A DNA stretch of 64,000 bases, from contig CM035356.1 of NCBI GenBank assembly GCA_020137815.1, positions 8,231,149 through 8,295,148 of the forward strand, given 5' to 3'. The notes under the pieces were generated by a model, which was not told where the DNA came from, made no database searches, and was given only the letters and a program-made list of their open reading frames with translations. A program made the position numbers and the translations under genes. This stretch comes from Hormiphora californensis (Eukaryota; Animalia; Ctenophora). Position 1 is the first letter of the stretch; each line of letters begins with the position of its first letter. Shown piece by piece: positions 1 through 12,351 of the stretch.

Positions 1-798
1 TACTAAGGGGGTATCCGGTACACATAACCATGATCTGATAGCATGTTATGTACATGTCACGGTTTTACTGCTTCCTCAGGCCCATATCATCCAACGTTTG
101 CATATCCAACGTGGGCATGTAAAAATATTATCCTCTTCTCAGCTTTCTGCAGACAAACCTCGGTTTGTGGCTCAAGTATCGAAATCATACCAGAACTCCT
201 GTCTGAGTCTCCTTCTGCTTACAAGTATCAACTTGTGGCTCAGGTATTGACATCCTGTCAAGACTCCCAGTCCCATTGAGGATACCTGCGTCTACCCAGC
301 AGTGTCAAAACGTTTTCCCATTCTGCTTACAAACAACTGTTTGTGGCTCAGGTTGTGGCGTACTGCTTTAATAAAATCTTCATCCATTCTGCATACAAAC
401 ATAGGTTTGTGGCTCAGGCAGCAGATTCTTCACCAGACTGCAGTTGTTCCTCTTATCAACATCAATTCCTCAGTGACCTCAAACGTTTACTAGTATACAA
501 CGTGGGTAACAATAACTGTCACTATTACTATCCAATATTCCAATATCCAACTTCTCAACACCCTAACCGCGGTGGAGTATTTAAACCAGTTAATTTTCAA
601 CGCTTAGGCAATGCCTAGCAAAATATTCCAACATTCCATTCCAAATCGACATGGTACGATTAACAGCCCGGGGCGATCTTATTCTGCCCTGCAAGTGTTC
701 CTCCAATACACTGCAACAATCCATTGCCCAGCTCTCGGGTGCTTCTTGATGTTGTACTCCGTGACAGTACAAGATGGGTTAATGGCCCAGGTCCTCCT

Positions 799-884
799 AT
801 CCTGGTCACAGCACCATTTGTGGGTGACATCCTGGTCACAGCACCATTTGTGGGTGACATCCTGGTCACAGCACCATTTGTGAG
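799..884. repeat. 27-bp tandem repeat (about 3 copies) in a non-coding or degenerate TE-like region
   Basis: atcctggtcacagcaccatttgtgggtgac-type unit repeated; gives TNGAVTRMSP repeats in the ORF track. Confidence 0.75.
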
Positions 885-1911
885 TGTCTGTGTCCCTGTC
901 TCTGGCCTATCCGTAACCTTGACCTTCTCCCGTGGTCCCAGGCTCACACAGCACACTACACAATAAATCCCGTGTCACTGCACCTCATGTGTGTTATACC
1001 CAACACCACATATCAACTCAAGTCCAGGCTGTATCGGCTGTATCGTATAGTCATATCCTCCAAGTCCTAACCGGTATTCCCATAGTGGCAGAACAAAGTT
1101 CTAAACAAGTTGACTGTTTTGTGGGTAAAGATAAAAGAAGGTAAAAGAACAGATCAACTTCCTCACGTCACACTATCACTTGCACAACCAGATATTCAGT
1201 ACAAGGGGGTAGATACCGGGAGAGCAAGCTACGACCATGCTCGGCTCTGACAATCACAGTTATCTCACAGCTTAAATACTCGACCACAATGGCTTCGCAT
1301 TCAGACTCCGAGGTACTGCAAGCCCGATAACCACCAACTTGCACCAAACATGCTGACATCTCACACCTCGCTATCACAATCACAATCATACAAATGCAAC
1401 TCACAATCTCATGCACTAAATAATAAACAAACGGACAAACATACTCGTACGGCAACAATCACACAGTTCACACATTCACTCACACTGCAATCACACATGA
1501 CACACTAGGACATACACAGGTCCTACAATTGCAAGTCCCATGTGCCATACTCAGCTGTTATAAACTAGTGATCTTCATATAAGTATGTGAGTGCCAGACC
1601 GCTGCGGTGTCTCGTACTTGAGCTCCTTCCCCCTTTTGTTTTACTTTTGGAGGGCGTCTCTAAGTGATGGTGTGATGCAAAGAGCTTCCCGCACGGGATA
1701 CTTGTTTCTACTTCTACGTCATAGTATCTGAAGATAACAATGCTTTTTTTGTTATTATGAATGATAAAAGAAATAATAGAATCAATAAAGACAAGATCTA
1801 GAACACAGATATGAGTCTTTTGTTTCAGCTTCATATTTAATTGGGCCGTAGCCAATATATCACACATCTATCTACATGACAAGGTGCAGAGTCTGGCACC
1901 ACGGAGACAAA

Positions 1912-2162
1912 GGTCCCCTTGCTAAAGTACTCCCCAAACTACTATGTCCCTCACTCGGGTTTTGTGAAATTTCCCACGGTCATAATTCCACTCCCTGATG
2001 AGATAAAGACTTGAAATTTGTTTTGTAGGAAGAACTCGACATGATCTCCTCACAAAACAAATTTCAAGTCTCTATCTCATCAGGGGGTGGAGCTATGGCC
2101 GTCTAAAATCCGGTCGCGCGCAGCAAGGGACATAATAGTTTGGGAGGACCTTTAGGAGGGAC
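1912..2162. mobile_element. Degenerate foldback/MITE (imperfect palindrome, centre about 2040)
   Basis: ccctgatgagataaagacttgaaatttgttttgt pairs with acaaaacaaatttcaagtctctatctcatcaggg; outer cccaaactactatgtccc pairs with gggacataatagtttggg. Confidence 0.6.
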
Positions 2163-3189
2163 AACTGCAGCAGGCACATCATAAGCGTGTTCCTTTGTGT
2201 CGTGATCTTGGTGTGGAGAATGTAGAGTTCTATAATACCCACGTGATGTGGTTATATTGTCAGGGGACACTGAAAATCAATATCCGACTCTGGTTTCAAA
2301 GGATTGATGGCGGAAATAACAAGGCGATGTAATTGACTCTTTTGTGGCTTTTGTGGCTTTTGATATGTTGCAAATCTATCTTCCGTCTATGTTTGTTCCC
2401 CTTACATTTGCCTTTATCAAGTGATGTACTAGTATAAGTAGCCTATATGTGCCCCATCCCCTACCTCTTGTCTATCTCCGGATGCCCCTGCTATAACACG
2501 ATCTCTCGGTTGTACAGAGAGGTGCAAAACAACCTCATTAACCTACCATCTGCACTAATGCCCATTTAATGGTCTTGTTGGATGCTAGATAGGCGCATGG
2601 AGCCACATTCCTTATTATCTCTCTTTAGTAATAGTAACAATCTTCTTTTGGCTTTGCTCTCTTTAGTAAAACTAACGATCTCACTTTTTGGGGAGATACA
2701 CGTCGACTGTCGAGGGAGCAGGATTTAAACGATAGGTATTATAATGAACGTTAAATTGCTGCTGAGCGATGAGTTGGGTTATAGCTTTAGTCTCAAGACT
2801 TTAGATAAAGTTGACAGAGGGAGAGTGTGAGAGATAGAAAGAGAGAACTAAACTTGGAACTGGGAGTTGTTGTCGGACGTTCGGGGAACTTTTAATTGGA
2901 CACCCAACTGTCATCCCTTTTAGGGGTATATTGCGACGGGGTCGGACCCGAACTTCAATAAAACTGCATTATAAAACTGTCCGACCTTGATTTGACACTG
3001 ATTTGATATTTAAAAAGGTGCCTTACCTATCGTTCCCCCTGGTCTAGATAGTTTAGTGACGCGTTGTCTCGCACCCACGGGGGGGGGGGGGGGGGGGGTA
3101 CGACTTGTGGTTTAAATAGCTTCCGGATCAGTGTCGAGATTATATACTTTGCTAAAATTCTATGCCCTACTTCTTCACTCTTTGTTATG

Positions 3190-3770
3190 TAGGGCTCTAG
3201 GACTGTGACTCACCTGGACTGTAACTTGAAAGTGAGTTATTGTCTGAAAATTGGCGTCGACTTTTTATTTTTTGGTGACTTTCTGTCCGCTTTATTTTCG
3301 ACTTTTTGCTAGGACAAAAAGTCGATAGCTAGGACAAAATGTCGAAATTGAAACTCACCTGGTTTTTACCGTAAAACCCAACCCAACCCTAATACAATTA
3401 AAGAGAAACAACGATTTTGCAGTACTAATATTCAATTAAGAACCTAGGAGCTTTCGACTGATCTATGTCAGACGTCTTCAGCCTAATACAGCCCTAACCT
3501 CGAACCCAAACAATAACCCTAACACTACCAAGGGAATATAAACCAGTGAACTCTCGTTTCCGGCCTATCGGCCGCAATCTCGAGTTCCCATGAGAGGTGA
3601 GTTAATGTCCTTTTGGACTCTAACTCACCCTAAATAGTGGGGCGGACAAAAAGTCACCAGATCCGGACTATAACTCACCTAGATTCGAGATTTTCAAAAT
3701 GTGAGTTATAGTCCGAAATTTTCGAGTTCGAGTTCGAGTTATCGTCCATTCGAGTTTTTGTCCGGTACCC
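3190..3770. mobile_element. Probable non-autonomous DNA element with subterminal repeats and aaccct-like core
   Basis: Repeated ggactntaactcacc and gtgagttatagtcc motifs in both orientations, central aaccc(t) tracts, end ...gtccggtaccc. Confidence 0.4.
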
Positions 3771-4324
3771 ATTCCAGTCTGATGTTTATTTCATGAACAG
3801 CTCTTGTGTAGAACCTAGTCCCAACGCACCATTGTATTGTTTAAATTTGTATATACCCTGCTAACTTAAATAACCCGCCAGTGGCGAGAAGTCCCACTGG
3901 CGCGCTCTCAATATACAGCCAGTCCAGCGGCAGATTATTTCCCACTGGCTGGCTGTTTATTATTAACTCCTATGTTACATTCAAAGTGTGTGTAAATGAT
4001 CAGTTCTTACTGAAATACAGAGGGAACACTGTTTGCAAGAGTTACACACTGCATTGGAGAGAAAGAAACAACACATTCCGTCAATTTCTCTCTCTTTATC
4101 TCCCCTTTTGTTTCACTATCTCAATTCCTCTGTGTTATGTCTGGCATGCCCCATATCTTGTTATTTCTTTCTCTCTCTCCTTAGTAACTGTTACCAAACA
4201 ATATACACTCAATTGAGAGATGTTTTTGACTGTTTCTCAGTTCTCTTTGTGTGTATTGATTAGTGTTTTCTCTCTTGTTAGTGTGTAATACTTGAAACAA
4301 ACAACTAAAGCAGGGTATATAACC

Positions 4325-4512
4325 CATAAACTCTGACCAATGGCACGTTATTGGTTTAAACCCCTCCGCCTCTCCCTCGGCTCCGCCTCGGGATCGTCGT
4401 CGTGATTTAAACCAGTTTATCCGCCACTGGCGGATAAACTACAGCTACCTTCTCCCAGCGGCGCGCTGGGAGAAAGGTATCTGAAATAACGTGCCAGTGG
4501 CCAGAGTTTATG
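4325..4512. mobile_element. Short inverted-repeat element (MITE-like)
   Basis: cataaactctgaccaatggcacgttatt ... aataacgtgccagtggccagagtttatg. Confidence 0.5.
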
Positions 4513-4607
4513 CCTCATAAATACTCTCTGATTAAAACACAATGCTTCGAGAGTATTCTGCTGCATATATTTGATTAATCAAATTCTTTATATGATCGCG
4601 GTGTGCG

Positions 4608-4608
4608 A

Positions 4609-4702
<94 letters not shown>
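4608..4702. repeat. (GA)n microsatellite
   Basis: Direct reading. Confidence 0.95.
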
Positions 4703-4704
<2 letters not shown>

Positions 4705-4951
4705 GGTCGACTAAATATCGGTCGATATAATAAATTGGCCAATTTGAAATATCTAATCATTGCTTTGTTTCACTCATATGCTTCTCTCGTCGCGCCTATT
4801 TAAAGGAGTAATAAATACCTCGATCGTATCATAAAGGATCGCTAAACATGAGCGATATATCTCAGATATTCTTTCTTTCCCCAACGTTTGTCTCTTTAAA
4901 ATGTTTTTTTAAAAGGTGGTTTAGTTCATCAACATTCTCATAGCAGGAAAA

Positions 4952-7873
4952 ATGATGACATCGATAACTGTAATTGTGTTGAGCTTCGCTACCTTCGTTT
5001 CCTTATCAGGTAAAAACTAAAAACTCTCCAGCTTTTGATGTAAACGATTTGTACTCGACTTGATTTTATAAATTTTATTGTTTCAATTTTCCAATTATAC
5101 CCCTCCATTATATTTCAGATGCCTTCTGTGAGCCCATCCCCGCTTGTGGTATCGAGGTCATGTGTGAGTGTGCGGAGGAAGGGCCCCTTTTCACCAGCTG
5201 TAGCGACAATCCGATTTCATTCACTTGTAAGTAACAACTACTGAAGTACTACCGTGTGCGGCAAAAAAAAGGCCCCCCCCCCCCCTAGACCACCATAGTT
5301 GCCGATGTGGTGGAGAGCTGTAACTTGGCAGGGTTGCTCCACTATGTCTATCTTGATCCTGACAGAAAAATCAGAGCTCTAGCTCAAAATTCATTTTCAT
5401 GAACGGAATGAACTTCTCCGTTCCTTCGATATGAGACCCCCTCATCATTCAGAATCTTTTGCCCGTCTTTGGCTAACGATTATCTTTGTAATGAGACCAA
5501 TTTGAGCATAATCTGATTACCAGGAGAGACACAGTGGAGGGTTTTCCGACCGTCACTCCTGACATGTGATCCAGGCCCGGTCACGTGGTGAAAAGTGGGT
5601 TTGGGGTGCTGTTAACATGTCTCAATAACGGATTATTGCTCTCATATCCCTTGAATATCCCTCCACAATGCTCTCAAGTCACTTTGTGATGCTGATTGAT
5701 TGGGTTCATGTCACCAGTTCTTGTCAAAGTTCTCAAGCGGCCCGTGATACGAGATCATTTCATCAAGGAGGGGCCATCTTGTGTCACTAATCAGCCTATC
5801 ATCTCACATTACACTAGCCAAGGGATCTGGGGTATTTAAATCTTCAAATGTTCATCAAAATCATTCCCAATCGTTACTTGCAATGCATTTTACACCCGAA
5901 CAGAGGAACTTCATCTGGCTCAAGAAGGAAACCAACACCCTCTACCCCACCATCGAACAGGAGTTCTTTATCAAGTTTGGCCGCCTTCTTGAGCCAGATG
6001 AAGTTCCTCTGTTCGGGTGTAAAATGCATTGCAAGTAACGATTGGGAATGATTTTGATGAACATTTGAAGATTTAAATACCCCAGATCCCTTGGCTAGTG
6101 TAATGTGAGATGATAGGCTGATTAGTGACACAAGATGGCCCCTCCTTGATGAAATGATCTCGTATCACGGGCCGCTTGAGAACTTTGACAAGAACTGGTG
6201 ACATGAACCCAATCAATCAGCATCACAAAGTGACTTGAGAGCATTGTGGAGGGATATTCAAGGGATATGAGAGCAATAATCCGTTATTGAGACATGTTAA
6301 CAGCACCCCAAACCCACTTTTCACCACGTGACCGGGCCTGGATCACATGTCAGGAGTGACGGTCGGAAAACCCTCCACTGTGTCTCTCCTGGTACAGTCG
6401 GACCCCGATTTACCGGGATGCTCAGGGGAAAGAGTTTTGCCCGGTAAATCGGGGTGCCCGGTATATCGGGGTCAAATATCGTTATTTTCCCATATCGGGG
6501 GAAGTTTATCTTCCCGGTAAATCGGGGTTCCGTTAAATCGGGGGCCGTTAAATCGGGGTCCGACTGTAATCAGATTATGCTCAAATTGGTCTCATTACAA
6601 AGATAATCGTTAGCCAAAGACGGGCAAAAAATTCTGAATGATGAGGGGGTCTCATATCGAAGGAACGGAGAAGTTCATTCCGTTCATGAAAATGAATTTT
6701 GAGCTAGAGCTCTGATTTTTCTGTCAGGATCAAGATAGACATAGTGGAGCAACCCTGCCAAGTTACAGCTCTCCACCACATCGGCAACTATGGTGGTCTA
6801 GGGGGGGGGGGGCCTTTTTTTTGCCGCACACGGTATAAGTCGTTGTTGTCGAGTCCTGTCAGGGCATTGGTTCGACAGCTCGAGTCTCGAACAAAAGAAA
6901 GACTAGAACAAAACTTGATCTCATAAAACTCTTTTTAAGCATACGGAGGGTACCCCATTGGTCTGGAGCGGGGTAACTCTGTGGAGAATTACCGAAGGAA
7001 ACGAAGCAGCGACGAAGGTAAAACTATACTTTGGATCCAGTATTATAATTTGTTGAAATTGGAAAGATAGTGTTTCACTGATTCAATAAGTTGACTGTCT
7101 CATATTGTCCAATGTTTTACTAAATCAATTAATTTCATTAAAATAACAATGTATTTATCCAGAAGAAGAGGAGGAAGAGATGCCAAAAGACATGGAAGGG
7201 TGTGTGTTGAGAAATGTCATTGTTCCAGGAAATCACCGGGGCATCCAGGCCAACTTCCCCGGTCATCTTACTGCCATTCTCAAGGTTTTCCAGAGCGTCG
7301 TCAATAACCGAGGTAACAAGATAAACAGCGATCGGAATAACAATTAATTGACGGAAGCTTTCGAGAACACTGCGTTTCATTGGCAAACGCTGCTGGCCCC
7401 CGATGTTCTGCGCCACGTGCAGCACGGGATAAGGCAGCGCTTTTCGTTTCACGTCTCCGTTACAATGCAATTCGTGGCAAAAACCTAGACCAAAGCTCTA
7501 CAAAATTGAATTTAACTTGATAGCATCTCTTTACACAGGTCGATGTATGCTGGATATAGAGGAGTGCGATGGCGAGCTAAATGAAGCTGATGATTATGCG
7601 TTCTTTGTTCGCATTGACCCTGGACTCAGAGAAGAGGCCCTGGACGCCCTGGACCACAAATACGCCACGGACTGGAATGAAAATGGAGCAAAGAATCAGT
7701 GCTTTGGGAGCGATCAGGTGAGATTAGTAAACACATATACACTCCTAAATTACATTTTGTAGTTTACTTTTTTAGTCAATCAAGTTATGATTATACAGTC
7801 ATATGATGTGTTTGATTGAACTCATGAATTAAATTTCCCTCAGAGTGACGACATGATCTACTGCTACCTATAA
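4952..7873 (+). CDS. Orphan secreted Cys-rich proprotein, 200 aa, 6 exons: 4952-5009, 5119-5226, 6940-7017, 7163-7312, 7539-7717, 7844-7873
   Basis: All introns GT-AG with consistent phases (1,1,1,1,0); 603 nt open. Translation MMTSITVIVLSFATFVSLSDAFCEPIPACGIEVMCECAEEGPLFTSCSDNPISFTSYGGYPIGLERGNSVENYRRKRSSDEEEEEEEMPKDMEGCVLRN...GRCMLDIEECDG...NQCFGSDQSDDMIYCYL*; hydrophobic N-terminus and RRKR site. Confidence 0.8.
5252..6833. mobile_element. Foldback (near-perfect palindrome) derived from the left end of a Tc1/mariner-superfamily transposon, TA TSD, in intron 2 of the secreted-protein gene
   Basis: TA|ccgtgtgcggcaaaa ... ttttgccgcacacgg|TA; arms of about 675 bp around a spacer of about 55 bp; centre encodes MHFTPEQRNFIWLKKETNTLYPTIEQEFFIKFGR, resembling the N-terminal HTH (DUF4817-like) of Tc1/mariner transposases. 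Confidence 0.88.
6395..6566. mobile_element. 172-bp MITE (Tc1/mariner/pogo-type, TA TSD) nested in the right foldback arm
   Basis: TA|cagtcggaccccgattta ... taaatcggggtccgactg|TA; the left arm shows the empty site (ataatctgattaccaggag). Confidence 0.92.
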
Positions 7874-8165
7874 ACACAGCCAGCTTCAACAAGATGGTTG
7901 CTGTGCAAGCCCATAACACATCGACCCAACGTTTTCCACTTACGGAGTACCCTCTCTTATAGAGCACAGGAGAGCAAGAGAGAGGGGATCTTATTTTTCC
8001 ACCAGATGATACAGCTCTTTTAAAAGCAACTGCTCAATGAGCAGTGCTCATTTTATGTTTTGCTCCAAATAAGCAATTGCTCATGTTATGTTTTGCTCTA
8101 AATAATATTATATATGTTGAATGTAGATTGAACAGAGATCAGTGATGAAACGAGAAACAATTATA

Positions 8166-9099
<934 letters not shown>

Positions 9100-9245
9100 G
9101 ACCGGTTTTTTGAGATTTTTGATTTAGTTTTTCCTAAATCTATAATGTGCTGAATCCGTAGTATCCCGTATCCCAAAAATAAAAATCAAGATTTAAAATT
9201 TAAATGAATGTATAGTATTGAGACTCGAGTTTACATCAATAAAAA

Positions 9246-9995
9246 TTAAACAAATTCTTCGGCCATTCTTCTAGTTCTACAGGGTCCAAGGAACTCAAGA
9301 ACTTGCTTCAATGTTATAAAACCTACTATGATGATAACTGATAAACCTAAAATATGTCCTATGAGCTCTGATGACCTTACCCTCTTTCTCATATCGTAAT
9401 ATTCCTTTGACTGTGTTTTAATAACATTATTTAATGATGTCATGTTATTAATAATATTATTAAGTGATAAAATTTGATTTGAAACAAAATCTAATGAAAA
9501 GTCTTCTACATACGTAATATTAGATAAAGGCATAATATGGCTGTACGGATTATTGTAATGACTGTTTTGAATAGTGATCGTATCGGTTTCTAGCCATTTA
9601 CTAAACTTCGTGCCAGAAAATAAGGTTTCTGTACCATTCAGCGAAGTTATTCTAGCATTATCTGCCGTAAACAGTAAACCGTGATCACTAGTTACAACAC
9701 TGTAGGGAAAGCATAACTTGCTTTCCCTAGTTGCACAGTCTTTTGTTGATATGCACGATACTTTTGTTGCATAACCCGTAATGCAATCACTTTCTCGACA
9801 TTTAATGTGGTAGAATTTGCCACTCAGCTCAACCAACTGGCCATCAACGTCGAGCTCGTAACATTTATCGTCCACAAAGAACCCGACTTTAAAAATGCTA
9901 TACAGAACCGATGTATGGTTTAGCCGTGGGAACCACAGTTGCAGTGTAAACCCGACCTCGGTTTCTGTCGTATTCTTTTGAATAAAAAGGGAGGG
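9246..9995 (-). CDS. C-terminal part of a viral class-I (F-type) envelope/fusion glycoprotein-like protein; 5' end lost in low-quality sequence
   Basis: Intronless AT-rich frame stays open upstream of the listed GTG (...NTTETEVGFTLQLWFPRLNHTSVLYSIFKVGFFVDDKCYEL...); Cys cluster, SVVTSDHGLL and ETDTITIQN motifs, N-glycosylation sequons, heptad-like segment (VSNQILSLNNIINNMTSLNNVI), C-terminal TM helix (LIGHILGLSVIIIVGFITL) and short tail. Confidence 0.65.
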   Translation of the reverse strand, partial: PSLFIQKNTTETEVGFTLQLWFPRLNHTSVLYSIFKVGFFVDDKCYELDVDGQLVELSGKFYHIKCRESDCITGYATKVSCISTKDCATRESKLCFPYSVVTSDHGLLFTADNARITSLNGTETLFSGTKFSKWLETDTITIQNSHYNNPYSHIMPLSNITYVEDFSLDFVSNQILSLNNIINNMTSLNNVIKTQSKEYYDMRKRVRSSELIGHILGLSVIIIVGFITLKQVLEFLGPCRTRRMAEEFV

Positions 9996-11569
9996 ATTTT
10001 CAAAATTACATTTTATTTGTTGAGAAAAAAAAATAAATTAAAAAAAAAAAGAAAAATTTTTTTTGGGAAAAAAATTTTTAAGAATTTTGGGAAGAGTTTT
10101 TCATTCATACAATTACCTAAACTTACTATTTTTTATACAGAAGAAATTTACGAGGGGGAGCTGGGGGAAAGTAAAAAAACCATCCATCGGGGTTTTTTCC
10201 CAAAAAATTCCAACTGCAGTTTGTTCACCTTTTGTCTTTTTTTTAAAACCGGCCCTTCCCTTTCAATAGACCTATCCCCTTTGAAAACGCCTTCCCAGTA
10301 CATTTAAAAACGTACCTTTCCAAAAAAAAATTCCGTTCTTTTGATAGTTTAAAATGTTTAATTGATTTTTAAAAAATTAAAAATATTTGGGGGAAAAAAT
10401 AAATGTGAAAGGGTTTTAAAATTTTCCCAAATTTTGAAAGGGGGGTTAACCCCCTTCCGCTCCCTGACCGAAAAGTCGTTATTCTACAATAGCAGGGGCT
10501 AACTTTTGATAATAGTGGGGGGAAAGACGGGGGACTGCTTTTTCATGTTCCGTTTTTTTAAACCGGGTTTACTTTTTTTTTTGAATAAACCCGTTCAGTC
10601 CAGTAGACCTTTTTTTTTCCGGGGACATTATAACAGCTTATTAAATTTATTCAGAAATACAGCCGTACCATCCCCACTTTTCCCCTCACTCTCCCCCTTT
10701 CTCTCCCCCTCTCTCTCCTCTCTTCTCTCTCTTCTCTCTCTCTCTCTCTCTCCTTCTCCCCTCCTCGCTCTCTCGCTCTCTTTTTCCTATCTTCCCCTTT
10801 TAATTCTCTCCTCTCCCCTTCTCTCCTCTCTCTCTCTCTCTCTCTCGCCCCTCCCTCTCTCTCTCTCCCCTCTCCCACTAATTTCCCTATCTTTTCTCTC
10901 TGGCTTGCTCTGTGAATGACATGATGAATATGTGACTATGTGACTAGATAACATGTGACAATACAGAAATGAAAAGAATCAAGCCCTAATGCAATATGAG
11001 TGTGATCACCACCAAAAGGACAGGACAAGACACGACACATAGATACTACAAAACAGGCACGATCATGAATAAAAAACAACCAACTACACGATATGCACAC
11101 AGTGCACAATCGCCCCTTCAAAGTGGAGGAAAAGGCTCCCTGTCCTAGTCTCAAAGACCTGAAACACTCCCAAAGCAGATGACACTAGGTACATGGTCAC
11201 TCCAAGTGGCCAGAATGGAGTAATACAAGACCCAGGTACGGTGCTGGTAAATGCCATGCTTATCAACTGTGACAGGTTACCAGTTCCCTGAATGTGGCGG
11301 ACAAGTGACAAGTGCAAATACAGACACTAAAATACAGAAAAACAGACGACTGAAAACTGACAATATAAGACAACAAACAAGACAATACAAGACAACAAAC
11401 AGGACAATACAAGACAACAAAACATGATACCACAAACGTTCGGGACAGTAAACATTGTGCTACTACTAAATGATCATTAATGCGTGCTCAAATGATAGTG
11501 AAATTGCAAGCCTCACTCTCACTCGAGCACCCCGAGGGCTCGTCAGCTCACTCGAGTTATATACATAGG

Positions 11570-11760
11570 CCTCTCAAAGCTCAAATCACAGCACTCAAAG
11601 CTCCAGAAATAACTCTTCAAATCGACACTCTCAAAATTCAAATCACAGCACTCAAAGCTCCAGAAATATCTCTTCAAATCGACACTCTCAAAGCTCAAAT
11701 CACATCACTCGCAAAGCTCCAAAAATATCTCTTCAAATCAAAACTCTCAAAGCTCAAAAC
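11570..11760. repeat. About 54-bp tandem repeat inside the gag element
   Basis: ctcaaagctcaaatcacagcactcaaagctccagaaat..cttcaaatcgaca repeated about 3.5 times. Confidence 0.75.
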
Positions 11761-12115
11761 ACAGCACTCTTGGCTCCAAAAAACGGTTCGAACACGCCCG
11801 GGCACACGCACACACACACACACACACAAACAAACAAACAGGAATAAATATGCTATCTAAATAAGCTTTGTTGAGTACTTCAACAAATAAATACAACATG
11901 CATAATCACTATCAGTGATATTTAAATACCGTTTTTTTTTGTTCATTTTCACAGTTTTTTTTGGATAGTCTGATAAAGTCCGAATAAAATAAATGTCCGA
12001 GAAAACAGTACCACAATACCTATTCGCTGACAGTATCTGTTGAGTGAGAGGGGTGTTTCCACCTGGCGCCTCAGAAAGTATCTCCCATCACCATGGTTAT
12101 CACACCTCGGGTCTT

Positions 12116-12325
12116 GACAGGAACAGGAACACACTCCAGCTCCTCCAGTAGCAGGAACAGGAACACTCCAGCTCCTCCAGGAACAGGAACACTCCAGCTC
12201 CTCCAGGAACAGGAACAGGAACACTCCAGCTCCTCCAGGAACAGGAACAGTAACACTAACACTCCAGCTCCTCCAGTAGCAGGAACAGTAACACTCCAGC
12301 ACCTCCAGGAACAGGAACAGAAACA
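12116..12325. repeat. Minisatellite (ggaacaggaacactccagctcctcca)n
   Basis: Direct reading. Confidence 0.8.
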
Positions 12326-12351
12326 GTCTCCCCCAGATTAAGAGGGACTAA

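Noticed and set aside
1556-1876. Possible LTR (TG...CA) of an element running off the window start
   Set aside because: Only one copy visible, no clear PBS or recognisable gag/pol in 1-1555
7138-7470. 110-aa minus-strand ORF
   Set aside because: Antisense to exon 4 of the secreted-protein gene; no recognisable motif
9939-10919. Lys/Phe-rich ORFs
   Set aside because: Homopolymer-inflated sequence that looks like low-quality consensus
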